DNA of 64,000 bases from Acidimicrobiales bacterium. GTDB lineage: Bacteria; Actinomycetota; Acidimicrobiia; Acidimicrobiales; BPGG01. The position numbers and the translations under genes are program-made. This document shows, piece after piece, positions 53,892 through 62,360 of the stretch (positions within the stretch are counted from its first letter, which is position 1; each line of letters starts with the position of its first letter). Location of the stretch: NCBI GenBank assembly GCA_026002915.1, contig BPGG01000001.1, positions 1,312,366 to 1,376,365 of the forward strand. Direction: 5' to 3'. The notes under the pieces are model-generated. The model did not search any database. It was not told the DNA's origin and saw only the letters and a list, made by a program, of their open reading frames with translations.

Positions 53892-54538
53892 AGCCGGAGA
53901 GCCTCGTCGAGCGAGCACTCGACGACCCCCGGCTCGGCGACCGTCGCTTCCAGCCACTCGGGACGCACCACGCAACAGACGGCTATCGCCGGGTCGACGC
54001 TCCCGTATTCGATGGCGTGCCTCACCCAGGTCACCGCGTAGTCCGGAGGCCTGACGTCGCGGGACAGCTCGACCAGGGCGAACGGGTCCGGCGGCCCGGG
54101 GTCTGCTCCCACCGCGACCGCCGCTATCCACGGGGAGCCGGGCCGTATGCCCCCGCCTATCAGGCCGGGCCCGTCGCAGAGGATCGCCCCGACCACTGCG
54201 TCGGCGCGTGCCCCGGCTGCCAGCAGCGCTATGTAGGCGCCGAGTCCCCTTCCGAGCAGGGTCGCCCGCCCGAGATGGCAGAGTGCTGCGTCGACGTCGG
54301 CCATCAGCACCTCCGCCGTGTACCCGCCTCCTACGGGGATGGTGGACTCGCCGTGGCCGGTGAAGTCCAACCCCCACACCGACCCTGGCCACTCTCCGAG
54401 CCATTCCGGGACCTTCGAGGGGGTGCGCTCGCCGAGTCCGTGCAACAGCAGCAGGTCGTGCCCGTCTTCGGCAGCTCGCAGCCGGTGCAGCGCCAGTCGC
54501 ACCCTCCCGTGTGTCAGGTAGACCGTCTCTCCGCTCAC
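53870..54538 (-). CDS. alpha/beta-hydrolase-fold protein, nucleophile elbow degenerate (GRGLG)
   Basis: LLLLHGLGE and GHGES, but ATLLGRGLGAYIAL where GxSxG is expected. The GTG start overlaps the upstream stop (GTGA). Confidence 0.65.
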   Translation of the reverse strand: MSGETVYLTHGRVRLALHRLRAAEDGHDLLLLHGLGERTPSKVPEWLGEWPGSVWGLDFTGHGESTIPVGGGYTAEVLMADVDAALCHLGRATLLGRGLGAYIALLAAGARADAVVGAILCDGPGLIGGGIRPGSPWIAAVAVGADPGPPDPFALVELSRDVRPPDYAVTWVRHAIEYGSVDPAIAVCCVVRPEWLEATVAEPGVVECSLDEALRLYARASG

Positions 54539-55464
54539 CTCGACTCTTCCAAGAACTCCAACACCATCTTCGCCACCCGTTCGGGCTGTTCGATGTGTAT
54601 GAAGTGGCCCGCGTCCTCGAACACCTCCAGCCGACCTCTGGGCGGGAGATAGGGGGTCACGTCCTCGGGTTGGGTGCCCCACCCCATCAGCTCCGGTTGC
54701 ATGCCCAACATCCCGAGCACCGGGATGGCCAGTCCGGGGAGACGCCCTAGCGACCACTCGGGGTTCCAGGGACCGAACCCTCCGAAACGCAGGGCAGGGT
54801 CCAGCTTCCAGCGCCATCCCTCCGGGGTGAGCTCGGCGCCGACGGTGACCAGGTAGCGGAGCCACTCCCTGTCGAGGCGGGTGTTCATCCGCCCCCGCCG
54901 CTCGGCGAGCTCGTCGATGGTTCCCGGTCGACGCATCTTGGAGGCAATCGCACGCCTGTGCTCCAACCAGGCCTGCACCTCGGCGTGCCGCATCCGGGTG
55001 CGTTCCCGGTCGGGGACGTCGGGCGCATTGCGGGCAGAGGGAAGGCCGTCGATGTTCACGAGGTGGCTCACCCGGTGGGGCATGGCGTCGGCGAGCTCCA
55101 TCATGAGGCTCCCGCCCTTGGAGTGGCCGATCAAGGGAACCGGCCTGCGGGTCGTGGAGTCGAGCACCGCGAGCGCGTCCCGTACGTCCGCCGACCAGCT
55201 GTAGAGGTGACAGTGGGCCGAGTCCCCGTGACCTCGCTGGTCCCAGGAGACGACCCGCCACCCGCCGTCTGCGAGCAGCGGGGCGAAGACGTCGAACGTC
55301 CTGGCGAAGTCGAGACCGCCGTGAGCGAGCAGCAGCGGTGGGGCGTCCGGGTCGCCCCATTCGTACACAGCTATGCGTACCCCTGCCGCATCCACGGTCC
55401 TGCGGCGGTCGGGGGCGCGAGCGCCCGGGTAGTGGACGAAAGGAGCCTCGGTCGTCGCTGTCAC
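54535..55464 (-). CDS. alpha/beta hydrolase
   Basis: LLLAHGGLDFARTF, GHGDS, an intact nucleophile elbow IGHSKGG, and a C-terminal GHFIHIEQP catalytic His region. GTG 55464 chosen. Confidence 0.75.
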   Translation of the reverse strand: MTATTEAPFVHYPGARAPDRRRTVDAAGVRIAVYEWGDPDAPPLLLAHGGLDFARTFDVFAPLLADGGWRVVSWDQRGHGDSAHCHLYSWSADVRDALAVLDSTTRRPVPLIGHSKGGSLMMELADAMPHRVSHLVNIDGLPSARNAPDVPDRERTRMRHAEVQAWLEHRRAIASKMRRPGTIDELAERRGRMNTRLDREWLRYLVTVGAELTPEGWRWKLDPALRFGGFGPWNPEWSLGRLPGLAIPVLGMLGMQPELMGWGTQPEDVTPYLPPRGRLEVFEDAGHFIHIEQPERVAKMVLEFLEESR

Positions 55465-55501
55465 GACCGCGAGGCTACGCGTATGGAGAGACCACGCGTC
55501 T

Positions 55502-55554
55502 TGAGAGGCCGTGACGTCTGAAGAGGCCTTGGCTTGTGAAGAGGCCGTGCGTCG
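55502..55554. repeat. three imperfect 17-18-nt direct repeats (TGA(A)GAGGCC core) in the divergent hydrolase/fur intergenic region
   Basis: tgagaggccgtgacgtc, tgaagaggccttggcttg, tgaagaggccgtgcgtcg. Confidence 0.6.
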
Positions 55555-55611
55555 TCGCCACCCGACCGGGATGGGCGGCGGGAGATCCGGGCTGCAAGTT
55601 AGGGTGACGGC

Positions 55612-56046
55612 GTGGAGCTGGGCGACGTCCATCAGGCGGTGGAGATGCGGCTCGCCCGTGAAGGCCTGCGCTACACCGCGGCCAGGCGGTCGCTGGTGGC
55701 GGCGCTGGTTGCGGCGGCCAGGCCGCTCACCATTCCCGAGCTGGTGCAGGCGGGTGAGGGTCTGGCGGTGAGCTCGGCTTACCGCAACCTGGCCGTGTTG
55801 GAGACGGTGGGTGTGGTCGAGCGGGTGGTCACCCCGGACGACCACCAGCGCTGGGAGCTCTCCGGTGACCTGCGTGGGCATCACCACCACCTGGTCTGCG
55901 TCGTCTGCGGCGGTGTGGAGGACTTCGATCTGCCGGGTGAGCTGGAGGAGTCGCTGGGTCGCGTCGTCGGGCTGGCGGCCGCGAACGGTTTCGAGGTGGA
56001 AGACCACCGGCTGGACCTGATCGGTCGATGTGGGGAGTGTCGATGA
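55612..56046 (+). CDS. Fur-family metalloregulator
   Basis: wHTH N-domain (RYTAARRSLVAAL...PLTIPEL), the His cluster GHHHHLVC, and paired CxxC motifs (CVVCGG...CGEC). Confidence 0.85.
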   Translation: MELGDVHQAVEMRLAREGLRYTAARRSLVAALVAAARPLTIPELVQAGEGLAVSSAYRNLAVLETVGVVERVVTPDDHQRWELSGDLRGHHHHLVCVVCGGVEDFDLPGELEESLGRVVGLAAANGFEVEDHRLDLIGRCGECR

Positions 56047-57223
56047 GATGGGAGGAGCGGTGAGCGGACGGTTCTTCGGCGAGGTGGATGCCGCTTTCGA
56101 GCCGGTGCGGGAGGCCTTCGCAGAGAACTTCTCTGCGGGGCGGGAGACCGGAGCGGCCCTGTGCGTATACGTGGACGGGAGGTGTGTCGTCGACTTGTGG
56201 GGTGGCGTTGCCGACTCTGCGTCCGGCAGGCCGTGGGAGCGCGACACGCTGCAGCTCGTCTTCTCGACCACGAAGGGTGCGACGGCTCTCTGCGCACAGC
56301 TGTTGGCGGCACGTGGGATCCTCGATCTGGACGCCCCCGTGGCCTCGGTCTGGCCGGAGTTCGCCGAGGCCGGGAAGGAAGGGGTCACGGTGCGGCATCT
56401 CCTCCGCCACGAGGCGGGGCTTGCGTGGGTGGACCGACCGCTCTCGTTGGACGAGGTTCTGGCCTGGGATCCGGTCGTGCGTGCGTTGGAGAGCCAGCGC
56501 CCCGCCTGGCAGCCGGGTACACGCCACGGATATCACGCCGTCACCTTCGGTCATCTGGTGGGCGAGGTGGTGAGACGGTTGGACGGCCGCAGCCTTGGGC
56601 GTTTCTTCGCCGAAGAAGTGGCCGCTCCGCTCGGTTTGGACTTCTGGATCGGCCTGCCCGCCTCCGAACATCACAGGGTCGCCCTACTCGAGTCGCCGGA
56701 GGTCCCCTTCGACGACCCTGCGGTGGCGGCTGTTGTGGAGCAGGTGCTCGGACCGGATACCCCGCTCGGCAAGGCGCTCTTCATGGGGGGAGCGTTCGGT
56801 GCGGGGCGGTTCGACACGTTCAACCTGCCCGAGGTGTGGTCGGCTGAGATCCCCGCCGCGAACGGGATATGCGACGCTCGGTCGTTGGCGAAGATGTACG
56901 CGGCGTGCGTGTCGGAGGTCGACGGGCTACGGCTGCTGGACGACGGTCACGTCGACGAGATCGTCTCGGACCGGACGGAAGGACCGGACGCGGTGCTCTT
57001 CGAGATGGACATGCAGCACGCCGGGGGGTTCATGGTGCCGACGGGTTTCGTGAAGTTGGGTGGGCCGCGCAGCTTCGGGCACTACGGGGCGGGAGGTTCG
57101 GTGGGTTTCGCCGACCCGGACGCACGTGTCGGCTTCGGCTATGTGATGAACCGGATGTTCGTCGGGCTCACGGGTGACCCGCGCACACAGACGCTCATCG
57201 ACGCGGTGTACGAGTGTCTGTGA
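56030..57223 (+). CDS. serine hydrolase (class C beta-lactamase/esterase family)
   Basis: FSTTKG (SxxK) and LLRHEAGL; length and pattern are those of the beta-lactamase fold. The start may be ATG 56048. Confidence 0.85.
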   Translation: MGSVDEMGGAVSGRFFGEVDAAFEPVREAFAENFSAGRETGAALCVYVDGRCVVDLWGGVADSASGRPWERDTLQLVFSTTKGATALCAQLLAARGILDLDAPVASVWPEFAEAGKEGVTVRHLLRHEAGLAWVDRPLSLDEVLAWDPVVRALESQRPAWQPGTRHGYHAVTFGHLVGEVVRRLDGRSLGRFFAEEVAAPLGLDFWIGLPASEHHRVALLESPEVPFDDPAVAAVVEQVLGPDTPLGKALFMGGAFGAGRFDTFNLPEVWSAEIPAANGICDARSLAKMYAACVSEVDGLRLLDDGHVDEIVSDRTEGPDAVLFEMDMQHAGGFMVPTGFVKLGGPRSFGHYGAGGSVGFADPDARVGFGYVMNRMFVGLTGDPRTQTLIDAVYECL

Positions 57224-57275
57224 CGACGTCCCCGCCCCAGCGACGAGTCCCTCGTGGCGGGACGGGCGCCGCCGA

Positions 57276-58991
57276 ATGCCGACTACGGGATCTCCGCTGG
57301 ACGGGATAGCCGAGGAGGTGGGGGAGACGTCAAAAGACCCCGGCGGTCGCCGGGCTCCTACCGGCCCTGGACGTACGGGGCGGTTGGTGCGCCTCGGATG
57401 GGTCGCGGCATGCGTTGGGTGCGCGGTCGTCGTCTTCTCGCTGGTGTACGCCTGGCGGGCCGGGGTGGACGGCGGACGGCATCTAGGGTCGGGCGTGAGC
57501 GTGAGTGCGTCTTCCGGCTCACCCGGGGTGTCTTCGGGGGCGCCCGGCGGCCCGGCAGGCGACGATGCGGAGTCGACGCCGGGCGGTCGGGGCGGCGGTT
57601 ACGGCTCGCAGGCCGACGGCACGACCGGCTCGAGATCTGACGGCACGGCCCCCGCTGGCCGGCGTCCGACGATCTGGGCGGATCCGTCCGGTGTCGGCCG
57701 CCCGTGGGGGACGAAGGTGAGCGGCCTTCTCACCTTCCGGGGAAACCCTTCCCGCACCTTCTACGGGGTCGGGCCCGTGCCCCGCCGTCCGAAGGTGCTG
57801 TGGCGGTTCCCCACCTCCGGCCGCATGTGCTCGATCTCGGACGACAAGGAGTGGTGCGGCACCGGCTGGACCGGACAGCCGGCCGTCTGGGAGAGGGACG
57901 GGAGGACCTGGGTGGCGTTCGGTGCGTACGACTCTGCGATCCACTTTCTCGACGCCGAGACCGGCGAGCGGGTGCTCCCCGACTTCAGGGTCGGTGACAT
58001 CGTGAAGGGTTCGGTGACGGTGGACCCGGACGGGTTCCCGATCCTGTATTCGGGGAGCAGGGACGGGAACTTCCGGGCGCTGGCCCTGGACAGGCGGGAG
58101 CCGACCGAGCTGTGGCGGCTCGGGGCGCACGAGGTGAGCCCGACGATGTGGAACGACGACTGGGATTCGTCCGCGCTGGTCGTGGGAGATCACCTGCTCG
58201 TCGGCGGGGAGAACAGCCAGTTCCACGTGGTCCGTCTCGGCAGGGGCCGTGACGGGGAAGGGTTGGTGACGCTGTCGCCGAGGCTCGTCTTCAACACGCC
58301 GTCTTGGGACGAGGAGCTGCTGGCTGCGGCCGGGGACAGGGAGATGTCCATAGAAGGGTCGGTGGCTCTGCACGGTTCTGTGGCCTGGTTCGCGAACTCG
58401 GCGGGGTTGGTGCAGGGGTGGGACTTGGCCGCGCTCGACAAGGGTGAGCGACCCCGACGCGTCTTCCGCTTCTGGACAGGGGAGGACACCGACGCCTCGG
58501 TGGTGGTCGACGAGGAGGGGATGCTGTACGTGGCGTCCGAGTACGAGAAGGGGAGGGAGCGGGCCCGGCAGGTCGGCCAGCTGATGAAGCTCGACCCACG
58601 CAAGGAGGACCCGCTCGTATGGTCGGTGCACGTTCGGGACACGAAGCCGGGCGGACTGTGGGCGACGCCCGCCTTGTTCGAGGATCTGGTGATAGCGGCG
58701 ACGAACGACGGGAGGGTGCTTGGCGTGGAGAGGGCTTCGGGTGCGCTCCGGTGGGAGTTGGAGCTTCCGGGGCCTCTCTGGCAGTCGCCGGTGGTCGTGG
58801 ACGGCGTGCTCGTCCAGGGTGACTGTGCGGGTGTGTTGCACGCCTTCAACGTGTCGGACACTTCGCGACGGCCGACCGAGCTGTGGTCACTGGAGCTCGG
58901 CGGATGTATCGAGTCCACCCCGGCCGTCTGGAAGGGTCGGATCTGGGTGGGCACCCGTGCGGGAGCCTTCTTCGGCATAGGTGGATCCTGA
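57276..58991 (+). CDS. membrane-anchored PQQ-like beta-propeller repeat protein
   Basis: One TM helix and a Gly/Ser-rich linker, then repeated blades (AIHFLDAETGERV, VLGVERASGALRWEL, VLHAFNV). Confidence 0.7.
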   Translation: MPTTGSPLDGIAEEVGETSKDPGGRRAPTGPGRTGRLVRLGWVAACVGCAVVVFSLVYAWRAGVDGGRHLGSGVSVSASSGSPGVSSGAPGGPAGDDAESTPGGRGGGYGSQADGTTGSRSDGTAPAGRRPTIWADPSGVGRPWGTKVSGLLTFRGNPSRTFYGVGPVPRRPKVLWRFPTSGRMCSISDDKEWCGTGWTGQPAVWERDGRTWVAFGAYDSAIHFLDAETGERVLPDFRVGDIVKGSVTVDPDGFPILYSGSRDGNFRALALDRREPTELWRLGAHEVSPTMWNDDWDSSALVVGDHLLVGGENSQFHVVRLGRGRDGEGLVTLSPRLVFNTPSWDEELLAAAGDREMSIEGSVALHGSVAWFANSAGLVQGWDLAALDKGERPRRVFRFWTGEDTDASVVVDEEGMLYVASEYEKGRERARQVGQLMKLDPRKEDPLVWSVHVRDTKPGGLWATPALFEDLVIAATNDGRVLGVERASGALRWELELPGPLWQSPVVVDGVLVQGDCAGVLHAFNVSDTSRRPTELWSLELGGCIESTPAVWKGRIWVGTRAGAFFGIGGS

Positions 58992-59107
58992 GTCGGGTTG
59001 GTGTGCCATGCCGACACGGACGGCCGGTCGTCTGCGGACGGCGGTTCTTCCGGCACCGGCGAGGATGGCGGTTGTAGCGTTTGTGTGCGTAGAGAGAGGA
59101 GGCGCTC

Positions 59108-59878
59108 ATGACGATCATCGAGGGTCTCGACCACGTCAGCACCCGCGTGCAGGACGCCGACGCGGCCTTTCACTTCTTCCACAAGACGTTGGGGATGGAG
59201 ATGGCGTGGCCGCCGAACGACTATGGACCTCTGCGCTCGGCGGGTCTTCGGCTGGGGAACTTCAACTTGGAGGTGGTGCAGGTTCTGGAGGAGGACCCTG
59301 ACCAGCCGTGGCCTCCTCAGATGATCTCGGTGCGACCGGTGGCCCTGGCGGGGCTCACCGTCGAGCTGGACAACAGGGGGCTGCGTTTCTCCGAGCCCCA
59401 GACGGTGAGGGGCCCTGTCCCTCCGTCGGGAGAGGAGGGCGACCTCTGGACTTCGATCCGCCTGCACGGGCGTTTCGCCGGTGCCTGTGGTGTGCAGGTG
59501 ATGCGATACCACTTCGACCCGACCGACACTCCCGTTCAGGACGAGCCCGCCAACAGGCTCGGCATTAGGGCGGTGGACCATGTGTGGGTCGGGTCGACGG
59601 ACCCGCAGAGCACGATCGAGGTGTGGCAGAGGCTGCTGGTGCCGGTGAAGTTCAACGGCGAGTTCTGGGAGTTCGACAACGGGCCGAAGCTGCGGGTCAC
59701 CGCCGCGGGTGAGGACTGTCTGATGGGGCTGGTGACGATCGTCGACTCGGTGGAGAAGGCGGCAGGGGCTCTGGAGGAGCTGGGTATCCACGAGGAGAGT
59801 CCGGACCTGCTGCGCACCCAGGGGATCGGGCTGGCCGGTGTCAGGTTCTTCTTGCAGGACGCGCCCCCGCTCCCGTGA
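59108..59878 (+). CDS. glyoxalase-like (VOC) two-domain protein
   Basis: GLDHVSTRVQD and IRAVDHVWVGS half-domains. ATG is preceded by GAGAGGAGG. Confidence 0.55.
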   Translation: MTIIEGLDHVSTRVQDADAAFHFFHKTLGMEMAWPPNDYGPLRSAGLRLGNFNLEVVQVLEEDPDQPWPPQMISVRPVALAGLTVELDNRGLRFSEPQTVRGPVPPSGEEGDLWTSIRLHGRFAGACGVQVMRYHFDPTDTPVQDEPANRLGIRAVDHVWVGSTDPQSTIEVWQRLLVPVKFNGEFWEFDNGPKLRVTAAGEDCLMGLVTIVDSVEKAAGALEELGIHEESPDLLRTQGIGLAGVRFFLQDAPPLP

Positions 59879-59944
59879 GCCCGCGGGGCTAGACCGAACG
59901 GAGCCGTCCCTTCTGACAGAACTAGGGCGTCCTCGGTGGTCGCC

Positions 59945-61156
59945 TCAGGTTCCCGCGAAAGGCCCGGTGACCTCGTAGGTGACGCCCGGGTTGCGCTGCG
60001 AGCTGAAGTAGAGGCGTCTGCCGTCGGGTGAGAACGAGACGCCGGTCATCTCGGATCCGTCCACCCCGGTGAGGCGGAGGAAGGCACCGGCCCTGCCCTC
60101 CTCGTCTATCAGCCCGATTTCCATGTTGTCGCCGTCCTCACATACGTACGCGTGGGGTGCGGTGGGTGCCACGACGATGTTGTCGACGCCTCGGATCACC
60201 GGGTTCGGGTTCGTGTCGTCGTCGTATTCGACCGTGAGGTCCCCGGTTCGCAGGTCGTAGGACCAGATGCGGTTGTCGCCCTTGGTGGCGAACAGGACGT
60301 GGCCGTCGGCGTACCAGGCTCCTTCGGCGCTGGCGAACCTCTTTCCCCGGGGGATCTGGTGCCTCGTCTCGGTGCGGCCCGGCTCGGGGTTGGGCTCGGG
60401 GACGTCCACCCAACGGAGCACACCGTCCTCTTCCACCAGCGCCTGCAGGATGCCCGAGGAGAGGTCCGGGTAGTCGTCGGGGACGAACCTGTACAACAGC
60501 CCGTCGGGTACGTCCTCGGTGAGGTAGATGGCTCGGCCCTCGGGGTCGACGGCGGCGGCTTCGTGGTTGAACCATCCCATAGCGTCGTGGCGACGTGCCC
60601 GCCGGGAACCGGTCGGGTCGCACTCCCAGACGGTGCCGAAGGGGACCTCTTCGCAGGAGAGCCACGTCCCCCACGGGGTGGGGCCGCCTGCGCAGTTGCG
60701 GGACGTGCCTTCGAGGATGCGCCGGGCTTCGGTGATGTTGCCCTCGGCGTCGAAGCGGACCATGGACACCCCGCCGCCCTTGTCGGGGACTTCGCTGTTG
60801 GAGACGTAGATCCACCCGCCGTCGTCGGTGGGGAAGCACGCGCCCCCGTCGGGCGCCGCGTGCCAGCGGTATCCGGTGGAGGCGACCTCTTCGCCGGAGA
60901 CGGCGACGATGCGGGAGGTGAAGCCGTCGGGGAGCATGAGCCCGTTGCGGTCGGGCGGACGGAGCGGGCCGTATGTGAGGGTGCCGTCTGCCGGCACTGT
61001 GGTGGCGGTCCGGCCCGTGGCGGAGGCGGTGCGCCTGGTGGTGCCTTCCCGTCCCTCGCCGCTCGTGCAGGCGGCCAGCGCCAGACCCGGGGCGAGTGCC
61101 GCGAGTCCCCCGCCGACCGCTGCTCGAGCCAGGAACGTTCTGCGTGACAAGTCCAT
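59945..61156 (-). CDS. PhoX-like/DUF839 beta-propeller protein with Tat signal and lipobox
   Basis: SRRTFL twin-arginine motif, LALAAC lipobox, GGWIYVSNSE, NCAGGPTPWGTWLSCEE, HEAAAVDP and IYLTED. Confidence 0.75.
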   Translation of the reverse strand: MDLSRRTFLARAAVGGGLAALAPGLALAACTSGEGREGTTRRTASATGRTATTVPADGTLTYGPLRPPDRNGLMLPDGFTSRIVAVSGEEVASTGYRWHAAPDGGACFPTDDGGWIYVSNSEVPDKGGGVSMVRFDAEGNITEARRILEGTSRNCAGGPTPWGTWLSCEEVPFGTVWECDPTGSRRARRHDAMGWFNHEAAAVDPEGRAIYLTEDVPDGLLYRFVPDDYPDLSSGILQALVEEDGVLRWVDVPEPNPEPGRTETRHQIPRGKRFASAEGAWYADGHVLFATKGDNRIWSYDLRTGDLTVEYDDDTNPNPVIRGVDNIVVAPTAPHAYVCEDGDNMEIGLIDEEGRAGAFLRLTGVDGSEMTGVSFSPDGRRLYFSSQRNPGVTYEVTGPFAGT

Positions 61157-61336
61157 TGTCGGAGACCTCTCCCCACGGCCGCCCGGCGTGACGGGCGTCT
61201 GTGTGACGATCAGGGTGGCACGGGCGCTGAGCCCTCGCCGTGGAGGATGCTAGGCGCGGAGGAGTGGCAGTGGTGGGCGTTGTGGCACTTGGAGAGCTAC
61301 CTCGGCCGCCGAGGCAGGTAGCCTCATCTGTCCGGA

Positions 61337-61409
61337 GGGGCTGTAGCTCAGTTGGAAGAGCACCGGCTTTGCAAGCCGGGGGTCGTGGGTTCGAGTCCCA
61401 TCAGCTCCA
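61337..61409 (+). tRNA. tRNA-Ala (anticodon TGC)
   Basis: Manual fold: acceptor GGGGCTG/CAGCTCC with the G3:U70 identity pair, anticodon stem CCGGC/GCCGG with loop TTTGCAA, T arm GTGGG-TTCGAGT-CCCAT. Confidence 0.9.
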
Positions 61410-61511
61410 CCGACGACTTCTGTCCGCATGCGCAGGTACACGTCTGTCACGGACGCACCTACACGTCTTTCAGGCGTCTCTATCACGGACACGCGTTTCC
61501 GGTCGTCTCTA

Positions 61512-62360
61512 TCAGTCGTCGGTGATGAGCGGCACGTACTGGTGCGCCGTCACAGTGGTGTTGCCTGTAGTGGTGATGTCTGGCAGCCTCCCGCTGGTGC
61601 CGTCGCTCCCCCACCAATCGACCGTCCAGTGGATGGTCGCGGTGAGCCGGTGTGTCCCCGAGTCCTGCCAGACGTGCTCGCAGTCGCTGCGCTGCAGCGG
61701 ATCCATGCCCTGTCGCCACACGATTCCGGGGTGGTCGCAGACGATGGTCTCGTCGGCGTCGGTCTCCCACACCACCCTCTTGGGCGTGGCCCTCACCGTT
61801 CCCGTGATGCCGCCGAGGGTGACGCTGGCCTGACTAGGCCGCCAGTCTCTGACGGCCAGCCAGACGGGGAAACCCACGATCACCCTGTCGGCGGGCGGGC
61901 TGAGCGCAAGGCGTGGAGCCGGAGGGGTGAGCCTGCGGCGTGCGATCTGGGCCGCCCACCAACCGGTCTCCAGACCCGAAAGCGGCTGACGGCTCTGATA
62001 GGTGAGGTAGCGGTCGTACACGATCTCGCCCTCTCCGAGACCACCCCGCCAGCAGACGAGGCGGACGATCTGCCCGTCCACCGGGCGGATCGGTCGGCCT
62101 ATCGGAGCGGGACCTGGATAGCTACCCGGCGCGTCTCCGTAGTAGGCGCAATCCCAACCTTTTGCTCTGCCGCCCACGCGCACCGGCCTGTTCCCGCCGG
62201 AAACACCCCACATGACCACAACCTCAGGAATGCCTTCGTTGATGCGTGCTGAAACCCCGTCAGATTCTTGTTCTCTTTCCCAAAAATTTGCGTATGCTGC
62301 AGGGCAGGCACAGGCAAACATAATCAAGAAAAAGATCACGTGTGTAACAAGGTACTGCAA
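61512..62360 (-). CDS. secreted hypothetical protein (Trp/Cys-containing beta-rich domain)
   Basis: Signal peptide MQYLVTHVIFFLIMFACACPAAYA. The body contains VGFPVWLAVRDW...VRATPKRVVWETDADETIVC...DCEHVW...HRLTATIHWTVDWWG. High GC except for the first 40-45 codons or so. Confidence 0.6.
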   Translation of the reverse strand: MQYLVTHVIFFLIMFACACPAAYANFWEREQESDGVSARINEGIPEVVVMWGVSGGNRPVRVGGRAKGWDCAYYGDAPGSYPGPAPIGRPIRPVDGQIVRLVCWRGGLGEGEIVYDRYLTYQSRQPLSGLETGWWAAQIARRRLTPPAPRLALSPPADRVIVGFPVWLAVRDWRPSQASVTLGGITGTVRATPKRVVWETDADETIVCDHPGIVWRQGMDPLQRSDCEHVWQDSGTHRLTATIHWTVDWWGSDGTSGRLPDITTTGNTTVTAHQYVPLITDD

